Positions 1 through 12,965 of a stretch of 64,000 bases of DNA are shown one piece after another (position 1 is the first letter of the stretch; every line of letters begins with the position of its first letter). This DNA is from Dipteris shenzhenensis (Eukaryota): assembly GCA_047967505.1 (NCBI GenBank), contig CM106538.1; one strand, written 5' to 3'. The position numbers and the translations under genes were made by a program. Below the pieces are notes generated by a model. It ran no database searches and was not told the DNA's origin. It saw nothing but the letters and a program-made list of their open reading frames with translations.

Positions 1-1479
1 CAAAACTTTGTCCATATGGTGTAAATTTGCAAGATCTTCTTGGAAACCAGTAGAGAGGGTCAGCAATCCTTGCAAGATTGACTCCAGAAGCTAGCTACCT
101 CAAGCGATCCTAAAGCTCTCTTTCCACTGTTCAATATCAAGGGAAATAGGAAATTGTCGAAATGGAAGCATCTACATAATGACCAGAGGAAGAGAAACAG
201 GACAATGCTAGATATTGAAAATGTTCCTATTTATGCTTGCAATCCTTGTGAGATGGGATGGGAAATGATGTGTTGCCACTACTACTGCTTGGATGCAGAT
301 GAAACCAAGGCCTTGGCAAGGACGATCTGTTGTTGCAAATGGCTAATGAGCAATGGACAAGTGAGGGTGACATGTGGATGCTCGTGGCTACACAGATGAG
401 GAGTGATTTGTTGCGACGATTCATGTAAGGAATGATTTGTTGTAGAGATGATCTAGGAAAGGATCGAAGAAATGATTTGATTTGTGGCAATGAGCAAGGG
501 CGATGAGCAGCTGCGCAGGTACTCATGACGATAGGTAGGCTACAAAAAGCAAAGGTAGGGTTCCTAATTTTTTACTAAGGTTTCTCTAATTTTTAATTGC
601 TTGCCCTTTAGGTAGGCAAAGTAAAAAATTTAACCTTTTTATTGTTAGGGTAGGCAGGGTCTTCCCTCCCTATGACAAACCAATAGGCAGGTAGCCATCC
701 CTTTTCTAAAGAATAGCAATCCTATGTGTATATATAAAAATGACCAAATTCATCACCTTGTCATTGGACCAAAATTCTTATGTGCATATATAAAAATGAC
801 AAACATTTTTCCCATTTCCCTTTTTCATTTGACAACTTTTTTTTGGGAGCATTCTTAATGTTGTTCCAACTTTTTCTCCATCTTCTCCTCTTTCCTATTG
901 CGAATTCTCTTTTTAAAGCAAAAAATCCCTTCATGGTAGGCACTTGAACACGGTTCAATTTTTTTTCTTTTTAATAAAACATGCCCGATTATTAAGAGAG
1001 GGGGGCCTATAGGAAAAAAATTTCGGATGGAATCAAACATATGTTAAAAATCAAAAGGCTTGTGTTGGTCCGTCTATTGAGACTAAGCCTATTGATTGTT
1101 AATATATGTTTGATTTCATCATGAGGAACCTGCTACATGTTTTTATTATACAAATTCTTTTATAAAGATTCTTCTCTTGATTTTATAAAGTTTTTTAATA
1201 AAATAAACATAAGTAGTTAGATGTTTGGATATGTCAAAAATATGTATATATTTCATTACATGCATTTAGATATACATTAATGAATACATAAAGAAACTCA
1301 TCTAAGTACAAATGCATATACCTTTTAAAATATATAGTCAAATATAATCTATAAATATAAACATATAAACATACAAATAGAATCTATAGATCTAAACATA
1401 TATACATAATTTAGCTGGATATAAAACAGAGTGTATACTTAGATGTAAAAATTATATTACATACATATCTAGACACTCA

Positions 1480-2705
1480 AATAGATTTGACTGCCTAGTC
1501 AAAACTTCCACATGCTTTTTGATTGGGTGGGCTCATTAGATTTAGCCAGAAGGTCAAAATGTTTCCAATTCTTGTTTAGAACACCACTCAAGATTATGTT
1601 TGGACAACTCACAAAGATTTGGCCACAAGGTCAAAACTTTGTGAGGGTTGCCAAACTATCCTTGGGAGATGCCCTCAAGAACAAGATGTTGAAAAAGTAT
1701 AGACCTTGTGGCCAAAACTTTCCACGAACTTACAATGATTATCTCACTAGAATAACTTTTGTCTCATGAAGATTTTGTCGCAGGTTTAAAGCTTTTCCTC
1801 AACTTGTTCATAATATTTTGCCATAAGGTCAAAACTTTTCCACATGCACACATATAAATACATACATTGACACTTGACCGCCTGGTCAAACCTTCCATAT
1901 GCTTTTTTATTGTGTAGACAAGCCTCTTAACCTCATGAAGGCCAGAACTTATTCTCCATAGATATTTGGCTCATAACATTTGGCGACAAGCTCAAAATGT
2001 TTCCAATTCTTGTTTAGAACACCACTGAAGATTAGGTTTTGACAACTCACAAAGATTTGGCCATAAGGTCAAAATTTTGTGAGGGTTTTCAGACCATCCT
2101 TGGGGGATGACCTCAAAAACAAGATGTTGAAAAAGTTTAGACCTTGTGGCCAAAACTAAAAAGGGAAACAAGCTCACAAAGATTATCTCACTAGAAAGAC
2201 TTTTGTCTTATAAAGATTTTGTCACACAATCAAATCTTTTCCTCAACTTGTTCATAAGATTTGGCCATAAGGTCAAACTTTTCCACATGCACTCACACTC
2301 ATACATATAAATACATACGTAGACACTCAAATAGATTTGAACACACTCCATATGATTTTTGATCGTGTAGACAAGTGTAGTTTGCCTCTATGGGTGTAGG
2401 CACTCTTCTCAATGTTTTGTTTGGAAACTCTCTTGATTTGACCACAAGGTCAAAACTTTTCTTGGATTTTTTTTTGTGTGGACACCATCTTGCAATCATA
2501 AAGATTTGGACACAAGGTCAAATCTTTATGTGGACACCATTGTTCCCTCATACATACTTGGCGAGAAGATCAAAACTTCTCCTTACTTGTTTTGGATGCC
2601 ATCTTGCTTTCAAAAAGTTTTAGCCACATGGTCAAAAATTCTCTAATGTTTTATGGTTATGTTTACACCTTCTAGTCATATTTGTCCATATGGTCAAAAC
2701 TTTGA
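1480..2705. repeat. Array of short motif (TTGGCCACAAGGTCAAAACTT-like) in both orientations, including a ~450-bp duplicated block; resembles DNA-transposon subterminal repeats
   Basis: Many GGTCAAAAC/GACCTTGTGGCCAAAAC copies; ~1560-1850 recurs at ~2000-2295; the motif also occurs at window positions 1-20. Confidence 0.75.
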
Positions 2706-2867
2706 TAAGATTATATACCATACTGAGAGAGAGAGAGAGAGATTGGTATGGGGGAGTGGGAGGGATACTACCATGTGGTAGAGTTTGTTATTTCAAATTT
2801 AATTTACTAACTATGAGATCGCATTTTATCTTTTAGATGCATGGGTGTAGAAATCTAGTGCAAAGAT

Positions 2868-5460
2868 ATGGTCAACTTGATGGTTAATCTTGAAGTTGTA
2901 GCTATGGTGAAGGTACATGCAATAAATACATTTGACACATGCCATGGAAAGCTTCTCGGTGTTGGGTGCCTATCGGTGTTAGTGGAAAAATGTCTCAATA
3001 GTAGTGCACTTTTGCCATTCCAAACTGATGATACATGCAAAGTTTGTGATGATGTTGGTAGTTTTATCAAGTGGACTAGTAAAAATGTAATGAAGGTGGT
3101 GCACAATGAGGAGGGAGAACAACACAATGCTTTAGACCTTGAAAATGGCAAAATTGACCTAAGAAATTATGGTGGGACAATAATCCAATGTGAGGAGATT
3201 CTTGAGGATTATGATTGCATTAGTGTATGTGACAGTTGGAGAGAAAGGAGAGTGGTACTATGGTTATAGGGAAAAATACAATACTTGGCATAGGGATCAT
3301 CCTTTTGGCTTACCCAATGAGGCTATTGATTTTAAACTACTAGGAGACCTTGATGTGGGTGTAGTGGTGGTTAGGACATACAATGCCAATGCATCATCAA
3401 CTCTGAGTGATGACCTAAATTGTGTCAATTTGTACTTTGGGAGCTTGAACTTGGAAGCATGCACTAACTATGTGTATGATATTTTTGACTCATCAAATCA
3501 TGTTGATAGTGTGGAAGTACGAGCGGGGTGTGTGTAGAGCCATCCATGGAAACAAAGGACTTTTAAGGAAAGCTTGGGACAAGTGGGGTATAAGGATATG
3601 TCTTTGACCGCATTCAATCAAATATGGACCATAGAGTTCAAGCATGTAAGTCTTTCGAAAACAATAGTGAAGCACTTGTTCGGAGATTAAGAAATAGATG
3701 GGGGAAAAAAAATTTATATAAGAACGTGATAAACTCTTGAGGTGATGTTGATGTCACATGCTACAGCAACAAAGCTGTAGAAACATCTATTATGCATGGC
3801 ACTTCACCTTGGGGGGTGCACTACTTAGAAACCCTATGTATCATGTGTGTTCAAGGGGTATTTGAAAAACCCCTCAACTAGAATTTTTCCCCCAATAAAA
3901 ACACCCATATTTACTTATGAACTAAGTGATTTTTTTCTAAATTTGAATTAAAAAACCACTCCTATTATTGTAAACCTGTTAAATTTTCCAAAAAGACAAA
4001 TTGAAATACCCCTCCTTTTGAATGAACGTGGTACACTAAAAGTTTATGAGCTGAACCCCCAAGCACTTGGCATCACAATTGTGAATCCCAAAAAAAACTT
4101 GTGTATCATACATGACAAGATGGATCAACAAAAGACATCAATACCAAGATTGAGGGTGCGATCAAAAGAGATAAACAAATGCCCTCATTTGTCAGTTTCA
4201 CTAGCAGGAGTTATTGCACATGGACATGGGGAAGGGTAATATGGTCACTTCACTTTGGGACTATGGCCTCATGACTCAAACATCACTATTTCATCATTGT
4301 CCATGCATTTACCAAATTTAGAGGTGTTGGAGAGACATGAAAAGGGTGATCTGATAGAGGATGGTATGCTAAGATCAGGCACTACATCATCACCAAGGTA
4401 ATATCAATCAAAACATGTTTATGGATAAGATGGCAGCATTGGATGGTCAAATGGATTTCAAATGATTTCCTAAGAACTTACAACTAGAGCTTGACAATTG
4501 TAGATCAGAGAATAAAAATTGCTTCTTTTTTGCATTTTTATTGCTTTTGGTGGCACGAGGGACCTTCAAGATGATACAACTAGGATTTCTTATGGTGGGT
4601 TATACATATGAGCACATTGATGCCATGCTTATCAAATTCTCTGAGAATATTAGGACAAGTAGGAATTCCACTTTCCCACACCTGATGCATCATTTTCAAA
4701 TGTGTTAATCTTCAATGCCTGTACCATTCCTATTAACCCATGCCCTTGATTTCAAGAGTTACATCGATGGCTTCTTCTGTGATAACCAGGATGCATTTGT
4801 GGGACATTCAAAGACACTACAATTTAGGTTTTATATGAAAGGAAGCATACCAAACATGTTGCACAAGATGCATCCAAAGTCGATTGAGTGGCTACCGAGA
4901 GAAGGTGCCATTGAATTATGGAAGAGGGACAATTCTGGGGAGCCCATGCTTGCAACAGTGTCCCAAATGTTGGTACCCATGTTTGAATACATAAAGGAAC
5001 TAAGGTACTGGGAAGAATGGTCAACATCACAAGGTCTAGATGCTAAGTTCACATGCTAAGTTCACACGGTACATAGCACCTGTGATTGAGTATTGTAAAA
5101 ATATGGTGGGTGCTCTACAATCTCCAAATATTCAAGAAGAGGAAGTGTTCAAAGAGTTGGAAGAACTTGATGACCACTATTGTGGGCCTTCATAGAAAAG
5201 GCCCAAAGATGCATTTAAGCCAATGATGGATGTCAAGAATGGTGATTTTGTGCTTATTCAGCCACCCAAATCAATCTACCCAATATGGCTTGGAGTTGCA
5301 AAAAGTGACATAGATGTGAATAGGACATCAGAGAATTACAAAAAGATACTTGTACAATATTGGGCACCAGTTTGTGTTTGACGAAATGCTATAGATGAAG
5401 AAGTGTATTCAGGGTGTTGGGATAAATTTTGGATGTGCAACACAAAGGATTCTTAGCGAT
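2868..5460 (+). pseudogene. Degenerate Sola-like (DUF7869-type) DDD transposase
   Basis: Translated fragments LCIIHDKMDQQKT (~4100), GHFTLGLWPHDSN (~4245) and LQLELDNCRSENKN...GFLMVGYTYEHIDA (~4480-4625) match the DNCxxENKN / GHTHEDID signature; many stops; interrupted by a MITE. Confidence 0.7.
3808..4063 (+). mobile_element. MITE, CT(C/T)GGGGG-TIR family (older subfamily)
   Basis: Termini CTTGGGGGG...CCCCCAAG; flanks cacttcac/cacttggc (diverged 8-bp TSD); homologous in reverse to 57516-57770. Confidence 0.7.
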
Positions 5461-6165
5461 GGGGGATTCATCATTATGATGTAATTACAAGGATATGTAA
5501 GCCATATAAATGGCTTTATAAACACCACCATATTGATTTTTATGCAAGTTCCATACTATCTCATGGAAATTTCCATGCAAGTCTAAAAACATACCATCTC
5601 ATGGCCAGTTCCATATTAATGAAATTTCCAAATTTAATGGGATTTTTCTCATTCAAGAATTCACAAAGTATCTAAAAATTCCCAAATTCCCTAATACGGT
5701 GTTATTGGGTTGTAGTGGATGCTTTACAGGCCATTTGCATGCATTGCGATCCTTATTGGATGCACTGATAGGCCCAGATCGCCTTGTGGGATGGTTTATT
5801 GATGGACATTTAGCACATAGATGATATTTTATCCTAAGGGATAGCTTTCACATATTGCAGTGGATGCACAGACCGTGCTATGATCTCTTGGATGATATTT
5901 TGTTGATACATATTCTTATGGACAATATTTATGCTTCAGAAATTTTGGCAATTATTGGCATTGGGATTGCCATTATTTTGCCACCATTGCAATTGGCATT
6001 TTCTTTTGGGCTAGATTTGCTCATATGGATGCATAGTATATGCACATGAGTCAAATGTATTTTGATGCCTTGAGCCTTTGAGGTTTGGTGATATTACCTT
6101 CCATTTTTTCATAAACATTTGGGTGCACCTGGTATTTGGTGTGATTTCGCTCTTGCAAGTACTAG

Positions 6166-6950
6166 CATTTGGGATTTTGTTTCATTTACATCATGGCATC
6201 CTCTTCCATGTCTTAAAAGGAGTTTTTCTGGATTAAAAAGTTTGATGGGGCAAACTTTTCTTTGCAAAAAGAACAAGTAAGGGATGTGCTTATTCAAAAG
6301 AAGTAGGTTAAACCCTTGGCAAGGATTGGAGCTAAGCCTCTAGATATGTCTGAGGATGATTGGAATGACTTGGATGCATTAGCAAAGTCAATTGTTAGAG
6401 TTTGGAGACCCCTAAAGGTATCCACAAAGACGGGTATTTGACTAGCCAAGTGTTAGGCTATTGCACTAGAAAAGGGATAAAGGATGTAATCTAAACCTAC
6501 GAATGTAGTCCAAAATACACATTAAGATCCCCTCAAGTCTACCTTCCAAGACTTTCCTCACACACAAAAATTCCACATAAATTAACTTTTGTGCAATAAC
6601 TTCACTCATAGTCTCTTGAAATTGAATTTTAGTATTCAAACATCTACCAAATCAGAAAAACTAAATTATTTCTTTTAATACCCTTTCATTTCAACACCTT
6701 CATCATGAAATATTCCACCAAATATATGATGTTAATGATCCATATCCACTATGCATTTACTCATCAACATCATTGCAAGCTCATCTAAAACCTTCTATGA
6801 TTCAATATTCAAGATCCCCTCAAAAAATAAACAGAACTTTCTCTTCATTTCATTCCCAAATAATGCACCAATCCCAAGATATTCAACATCTCACAATCTC
6901 TTCAAACCATCATTTTACAAAGCATCACTCCTTCATGCATTTCAAATATC
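6166..6950 (+). repeat. Duplicate of 22513-23300: Copia gag N-terminus joined to an inserted AT-rich sequence
   Basis: Near-identical ~785 bp; encodes KFDGANFSL...DVLIQKK...DWNDLDALAKS (Copia gag start) up to ~6400. Confidence 0.8.
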
Positions 6951-7279
6951 AAATATGAATGAATATTCAGATTTAACACATGTTCCTTTTTACTTCCTCA
7001 AACACACTTCTTCATCTCAAGATATCCACAAATACATAATTTTTAATTGCATTTTTAATGACCAATTTACAAAGCAACACCTTCTCATAAATTTCTAATA
7101 GAATATATCATTTCAGATCTTTAAACTTCTCAATGAAATAACTACTTTTCCTTTTTAGTTCACTTCCATCCCATACACCAATCAAAAGATATTTAGATTT
7201 CCATGAAATCGTAAAATGTGTCAACATCCCTTATACAAAATCCATTTTCTCAAAATCTACCTTCCACTTGGCCAAATTA

Positions 7280-8760
7280 GACACATGACATATGATGGAG
7301 CAAGTAGTATACGATGGTATTGAGGGAACAGGATGTACCGTTGTTAGTGATGGATGGAAAAATGTCACTAAGAGGCATCTTATCAATATCATGGTAGTGA
7401 CATTTAAGGGGGAGGCTTTTCATCAATCCATCGACACAAGTGGTACTGCCAAGATATTTGAATACATTGCTGTACAATTGGAGGCTACAATCCTAGATGT
7501 TGGGGAGCATAATGTTGTTAAGATAATCACCGACAATGCGAAGGACTGTAGGACAGCTAGAAAAATTATAAATCAGAAATATCCTACCATTTGGGCATCG
7601 TCGTACTCTTGCCATTGCCTTGACCTTGTGCTTGAGGATTGGTATAAATCAGTGGAGACTGTGTGGTTCAAAGACACTATAGATGAAGGAAAAAGATTGG
7701 TGTTATACTTCCTCAACCACGAGAGATTGTTGGACATATTCAAAAACCACCAACCTGCAGAACATCCACTAGAGTTTTTCATACCTGGCGAAAGACGTTT
7801 TAGAACAAACTATATAATGTTGGACCGTTTGCTCAAGATATAGGGAGTTGTAATGGAGACATTATTTAGTGTAGAAGCTAGTGAGTGGATAGCTGAGTCA
7901 ACCACACAAAACGCTCGCACTGAATTCACAGAGATGAAGCAAATGGCTCACATTGCTAGCTTTTGGAAGAGAATAGCCGATGCGGTTGATGTAATGAGGC
8001 CAGTATGGTTTGCCATTTGGAGATAAGATGTGAAAGGTCCAAGTTTGGGAAATGCTTACATGGCATGGTGGACTATCGAGTGAGACCTCTTAAAGGAAAA
8101 TAGAAGATCCATAGGTGACAATGTTGGCTACAACGTCATTTGTCATGCCACTTTGCAAAATATGTTTCGAAAGTGATGGAATCATGCTCACAATGACCTC
8201 CACTATGCTGGCCATATTCTAGATCCCCAATGGTGGGAGTATCGTCCGGAAACATTGGAACACGTAATGCAGTCTTGGCATAATCTCTTGGGATGATTTT
8301 TTGAGGATGGATCTGAATATGCTGTTGCTTGTCAAGGAATTATCTACTTTTCAAAATAGGGAAGGTTTGTTTGCATATACAAGAATACGAGACCTTGCAA
8401 AGGGTATGCTTGCATGGAGATGGTGGCAAGAGTGTGGAGCTCTGACACCTCATTTGCAAATGTTGGCATTGAAAGTGCTATCCCAGCCTTGTAGCGATTC
8501 CTCGAGTGAACAAAATTGGAGTAATTACAAGTTTGTTCAAGACAGAAAGAGCAGAGAAATTGGTATATGTTTATGCAAATGGTAGAGTTTTGGATGATGT
8601 TAAGTGAAGGAACAATGATGGAGATTTAGCCAAGTGGGTGCATTGTGATCTCCAAGGTCCGTTGCATGATCCTCCCAATGTTGGGCAATTGCAAGTCATA
8701 GCGGTAGCAGCCGAAGCAAGCTCTAGCGATGAGGAGGATGAGGATGAGGAAACTTTGTGA
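7280..8760 (+). pseudogene. hAT-superfamily transposase remnant (DUF659 plus C-terminal dimerisation domain)
   Basis: GCTVVSDGWKNVTKRHLINIMV, IITDNA, CHCLDLVLED, FIPGERRF, WWQECGALTPHLQMLALKVLSQPCSDSSSEQNWS; stops and frameshifts. Confidence 0.85.
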
Positions 8761-10136
8761 TCACTCATGAGCAATCATTTCCAGGCTTGAAATACTATAT
8801 ACACTATTGATCGTGCTTACATTCTGACTTGTTAAATATTGTGCTAATTGATTGACATCATATCAATTTTGTTGATTGACGACATACCTATTGGAATTTA
8901 TGCTAAAGCATTTTTTTGTTTGACATCCACATTAATTTTGTTAATTGACGTCATATCAATTGGAAATTATGCTATAGCATTTACATGGTATTACAATCGT
9001 GCTCAAGTTCTATTAAAATAAAATTGACGTATATTGATGTCATCAATTTTGTTGATGGATATCATACCAATTTGAAGTACTGCTACAGTATTTAGATGGT
9101 ATTACAATTGCTTTACTTCAATGTTCAAACTTGCAAAATATTATCCAATTGTTTGCAACCTTAATGTACTTGTGTAAGTGATGCTAGCTGCTGCACTAGT
9201 GTGTGTAAAATACCAACATCTATCAATAGAGCATGATGTTGCAGATGATCATAATACAGATAGATGCTCATCAAACCATGTCAGGGGAGGGGGCAAGATA
9301 GTTGGTTGATTTCTCTCTCTCGAGGTCTAGCAAGCTTGCATGGAGTACTCATGTGTTGGAAGTTAGGTTAAAAATGCATTTCAAAGGGATAAATTGTTTT
9401 TGATGATTATGAAAGCAATTGAATTAACTAAACTGCTTAATTTTATAGCACTTAATGTCTCTAGAGAGGAATGGAGGTTGAACAACAGCACACAACTACA
9501 TTACAATGATAGCAGGAAATTGTTGGAGATGTGATATCTGCCATCAAGAATTTTGAGGCTCATCGGCGATGATGTTATGGCACTTCATGGGAGATGTTAA
9601 TAGGACAATGCCACGGTGCAGAGGCAATGGTGCACAAAGAGTGGCCACCATCATATAGCCGCTTGCTAGTATTGGTGTTGACATAACAATGCAATCTACA
9701 GATGCAGGTGAAGTTGCCGCAAACATGGAGAATAATGTTACAATGCTAGATGGTGGATGGTGGAGATGTAATATCTATCATCGGCCATACATTGGCTCTC
9801 GCTTAAGAAGGAGGTTTCATTTTTTGGGTGATGTGCATGAAAGAATTTCAAAAGGCAAGGGACTAAGAAATTAGGGCCTGACAAACTCTTGTTGCTACTA
9901 TTTTGGGACTTGTCCAATATTACTGTTTTAAGGCATCGTAAATCACCTTTTTAATTTTGAATGGATGTATGGTGAAACTGATTTTGCAAAGGATGAATAT
10001 GGTGAAACTAACATTGATTTTTATTTCACTTCAAATTATGCTCATAATAATTACTTCAGCAATTGCACTTATTCCTAGTTTTGCAAGTAACACCATGCAC
10101 AAGTTTGGGAATTATAGCTTCATTGAGCCATATTTT

Positions 10137-11142
10137 TGTAAGAGAACAATACAACGTCTGTGCTCAACAGATAATAGGATCCCATATGCAAGAGAGAAAC
10201 GCACATAGTATGGAGAATAAAAAATTTGATTACTATAAATCTAATACAATAGATGGTGCTACCTCCCAGCTGTGCGCTCCTGTGTGAGAAGCTTCGATGG
10301 CATACTCGAAACAGTAGAGGACAGAGGCTGGATGCTAAGGAATTAGGGTTGTTGTAGCGAGTGATTAATATGGGCTTCATGGGCTTGCTCTTATATAGCC
10401 ACCAGTCATAGTCGGTTAGACCCAATTGGGAGACCAACCCAGTCGGCCCAAAACGGCCGCGGCGGTCCCGAAATAGGCCACCAACCACATGTTAGAGCTG
10501 TGGCATAGAATCTCGGGGGGCTCACTCATCATATGTAACCCTATCACGTGAGTTCAACAGAAGGATTTTTTTTATTTCTAAAATTTACAGACATAAGGGA
10601 CTATTTAAAATAGTTTTGGAAAAAATTTACAGATTTGTATAGAAAAGGGATACATTTTATTAATGAAATTTTTTACAGATAAGGGACTTTAAATATAGGC
10701 CTTGAATGCACGTGATACAGAGGGTTTATACATAGTGACCCCCCCGAGCATAGAATAGAGCAACAGAGCCATCCAGGATCATCTGGGGCTCCAAACGGGC
10801 CTCGCAACCCGAGAGTGGGCTGCCCCAGGAAATGCTCCGTCTACCCTCAGTGCGGTCAGTCATGGAATGCCTTCCCACACTTGCATCTAGCCTAGCATAA
10901 GAGAAAGCATAAGCACAAACTTATGCTTTATCTTATGCTTTCTATCTAAAGCCGACCGTCCAGCCATCAGGCCACACATGGCCCCCATCTGGTGTCCAAA
11001 CCAGGACCTACCGGATAACCTAGCTACTAAAATGCCTTCTCCTCATATGGGGGGCTTACAAGTAGAGTTAACTGGTTCCCACGTAGTTACATGAGAGTGG
11101 ATCATTGATATCTAAGACCCCCCCTCAATGCCCACCTACAAG
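10137..11142 (-). mobile_element. Orphan Copia 3' LTR plus polypurine tract, same family as 17197-22258
   Basis: High similarity to LTR 21570-22258; followed by CCCCCCCTCAATG as at 17494; carries MITE 10512-10748; internal region ends at MITE 11143. Confidence 0.85.
10512..10748 (-). mobile_element. MITE, CTCGGGGGG-TIR family
   Basis: TIR CTCGGGGGG/CCCCCCGAG; perfect 8-bp TSD catagaat (10504-10511, 10749-10756); empty site in paralogous LTR near 21941 (gtgg cataaaat agagcc). Confidence 0.95.
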
Positions 11143-11376
11143 CTCGGGGGGGTCACTATGTATAAACCCTCTATATCACGTGCGTTCAAGGCCTATATTT
11201 AAAGTCCCTTATCTGTAAAAAATTTTATTAATTAAATGTACCCCTTTTCTATACAAATCTGTAAATTTTTTCCAAAACTATTTTAAATAGTCCCTTATGT
11301 ATATTTATTTCTATAAACTTTAGAAATAAAAAAAATCCTTCTGTTGAACTCACGTGATAGGGTTACATATGATGAG
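11143..11376 (+). mobile_element. MITE, CTCGGGGGG-TIR family, right TIR missing
   Basis: Near-identical reverse complement of 16373-16619, ending at ...gatgag without tgaccccccgag. Confidence 0.9.
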
Positions 11377-12845
11377 GATCATGTGGCTAGCAATCCCTTT
11401 ATGTGGCATGTGAAACTATAGAAATAGGAAACTAGGGAAGGTTGTAGATTTATGTACGGATATAGTGACATAGAAAAATACAAAGACTTATGTGATTCCA
11501 TGAAACCTTGTCATGAGCTTTTGCAAAAATTCAATCAAAATTGGCTAGCTAAAAGTTTTTATTACCCAGATAGATTATTAAGTCCCATTGAATAGAATAT
11601 TAATTTTCATTACCCAAATAGAATATTAATTTCCATGTGTTTTTTTTTTGCATGCGCCAGCCCAGCGCCCAAGTTCTGGCACCACTGTTCATATGCAGAT
11701 ACCGATTTTGAGAGCTAAGATGAGGGCACTGCAGGATGCTGGGGCACCCCCTCACTTGGTTGCGAGTCTCGATTCAGTCATTGATGCTCTAGGTCGATTA
11801 GACACAATTGAGGACGTTTTGGATACCTTTCAGGCATAGGCTAGGCAGAGATTAGTGGTCATGGCTTGGATTGGAGAGCCATTGTTTGAGCGTGAGTCAC
11901 CTCACAGGCAGTAGGCCTTAGAGGATATGTTTTGGGATGATCACACTGAGGTGATGTGACCACGATCAAGGCAGCCCTTTTATATTTTACATTGTAGGAC
12001 CCCGTCATAGCAGCACATATTTATCCGAGACATCTCGTTGTGAATGGTGTCGATTGCCTCACAACCATCAGATAGCCAGGTCATTTGCTATGTAGCTATA
12101 CGCCAAGTTTTGCTTGGTCATCGGTTAGACTACCTTAGTACCCGTCCAAGATCAGAAGCGGGACATGGTAGGATGGGGTGTCAGGAGCATCAGACTGCAG
12201 GTGTTCAGTGTCAATGCGAGGCACCAGAGCTACACACTATCCCTGCACCGGCATTGCGAGCTATTGGAGGATGGATCAGGAGGGATGTTCATTCAGTGGC
12301 CTCATCCTTGCACGATATGGCCTCTGTCCTATCGAGATCACTTTCGATTCCACCTTCCCCACCTCCCACATCTATGGAGCCTCCCATATCTACACCACCT
12401 CCCACATCTACACCGCCTCTCAGCATGAGTTGGACATTGGAGACGCACAGATTGTAGAGTTGGAGGCATTGTTGGCTGAGTCTAGGGTTGAGGTTAGTTA
12501 TTCTAAATATTTTAGTTTATTTTTTTGTTGCGTGTTTTGAACTGAAGTTTTTTGGTTCATTCTCACCATGTACGCGACATGTTTGCTTGGCAGGCACATC
12601 TATTGCGATACGATATGGAGTCTCGTGTACGACAGTTGGAGGTAGATTTGGAGGAGCAGAGGATTTGAACACACATAGCCTACTATCGAGCGGAGCACTA
12701 TATTTTGTAGTTGAGACATATTAGTCATGATCCATCTCGCCATAGGATCCACCCCAATGTGGCCTTCTACCCCGCTCCTCCTGTAGATGTGCTGACTAAA
12801 ACACCCATAGATGCACCAGTCATAGCTAGGCTTCCTACTGCCACT

Positions 12846-12965
12846 TGCGTCCTTTGCCACGAGGATTTTGACACCGTAGGGTGGTTTTGACTAGGGTGCA
12901 GCCACATCCCACATCTCCACTGCATGACCTGCCACATGGTGGCACGATAAGTGTGCCCTGTATGC
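12846..12965 (+). pseudogene. RING-H2 zinc finger remnant inside a degenerate gene (~11650-13500)
   Basis: CVLCHEDFDTVGWF*LGCSHIPHLHCMTCHMVAR*VCPVC fits C-x2-C...C-x-H-x2-H-x2-C...C-x2-C, with two stops. Confidence 0.65.

Noticed and set aside
227-526. Transit-peptide-like 99-aa ORF as a host gene start
   Set aside because: No recognisable domain or downstream exon within the window
9480-9874. BED-type zinc finger gene (WRCDICH, WRCNIYH)
   Set aside because: Fragments are too short and degenerate to assign; may belong to the adjacent hAT remnant
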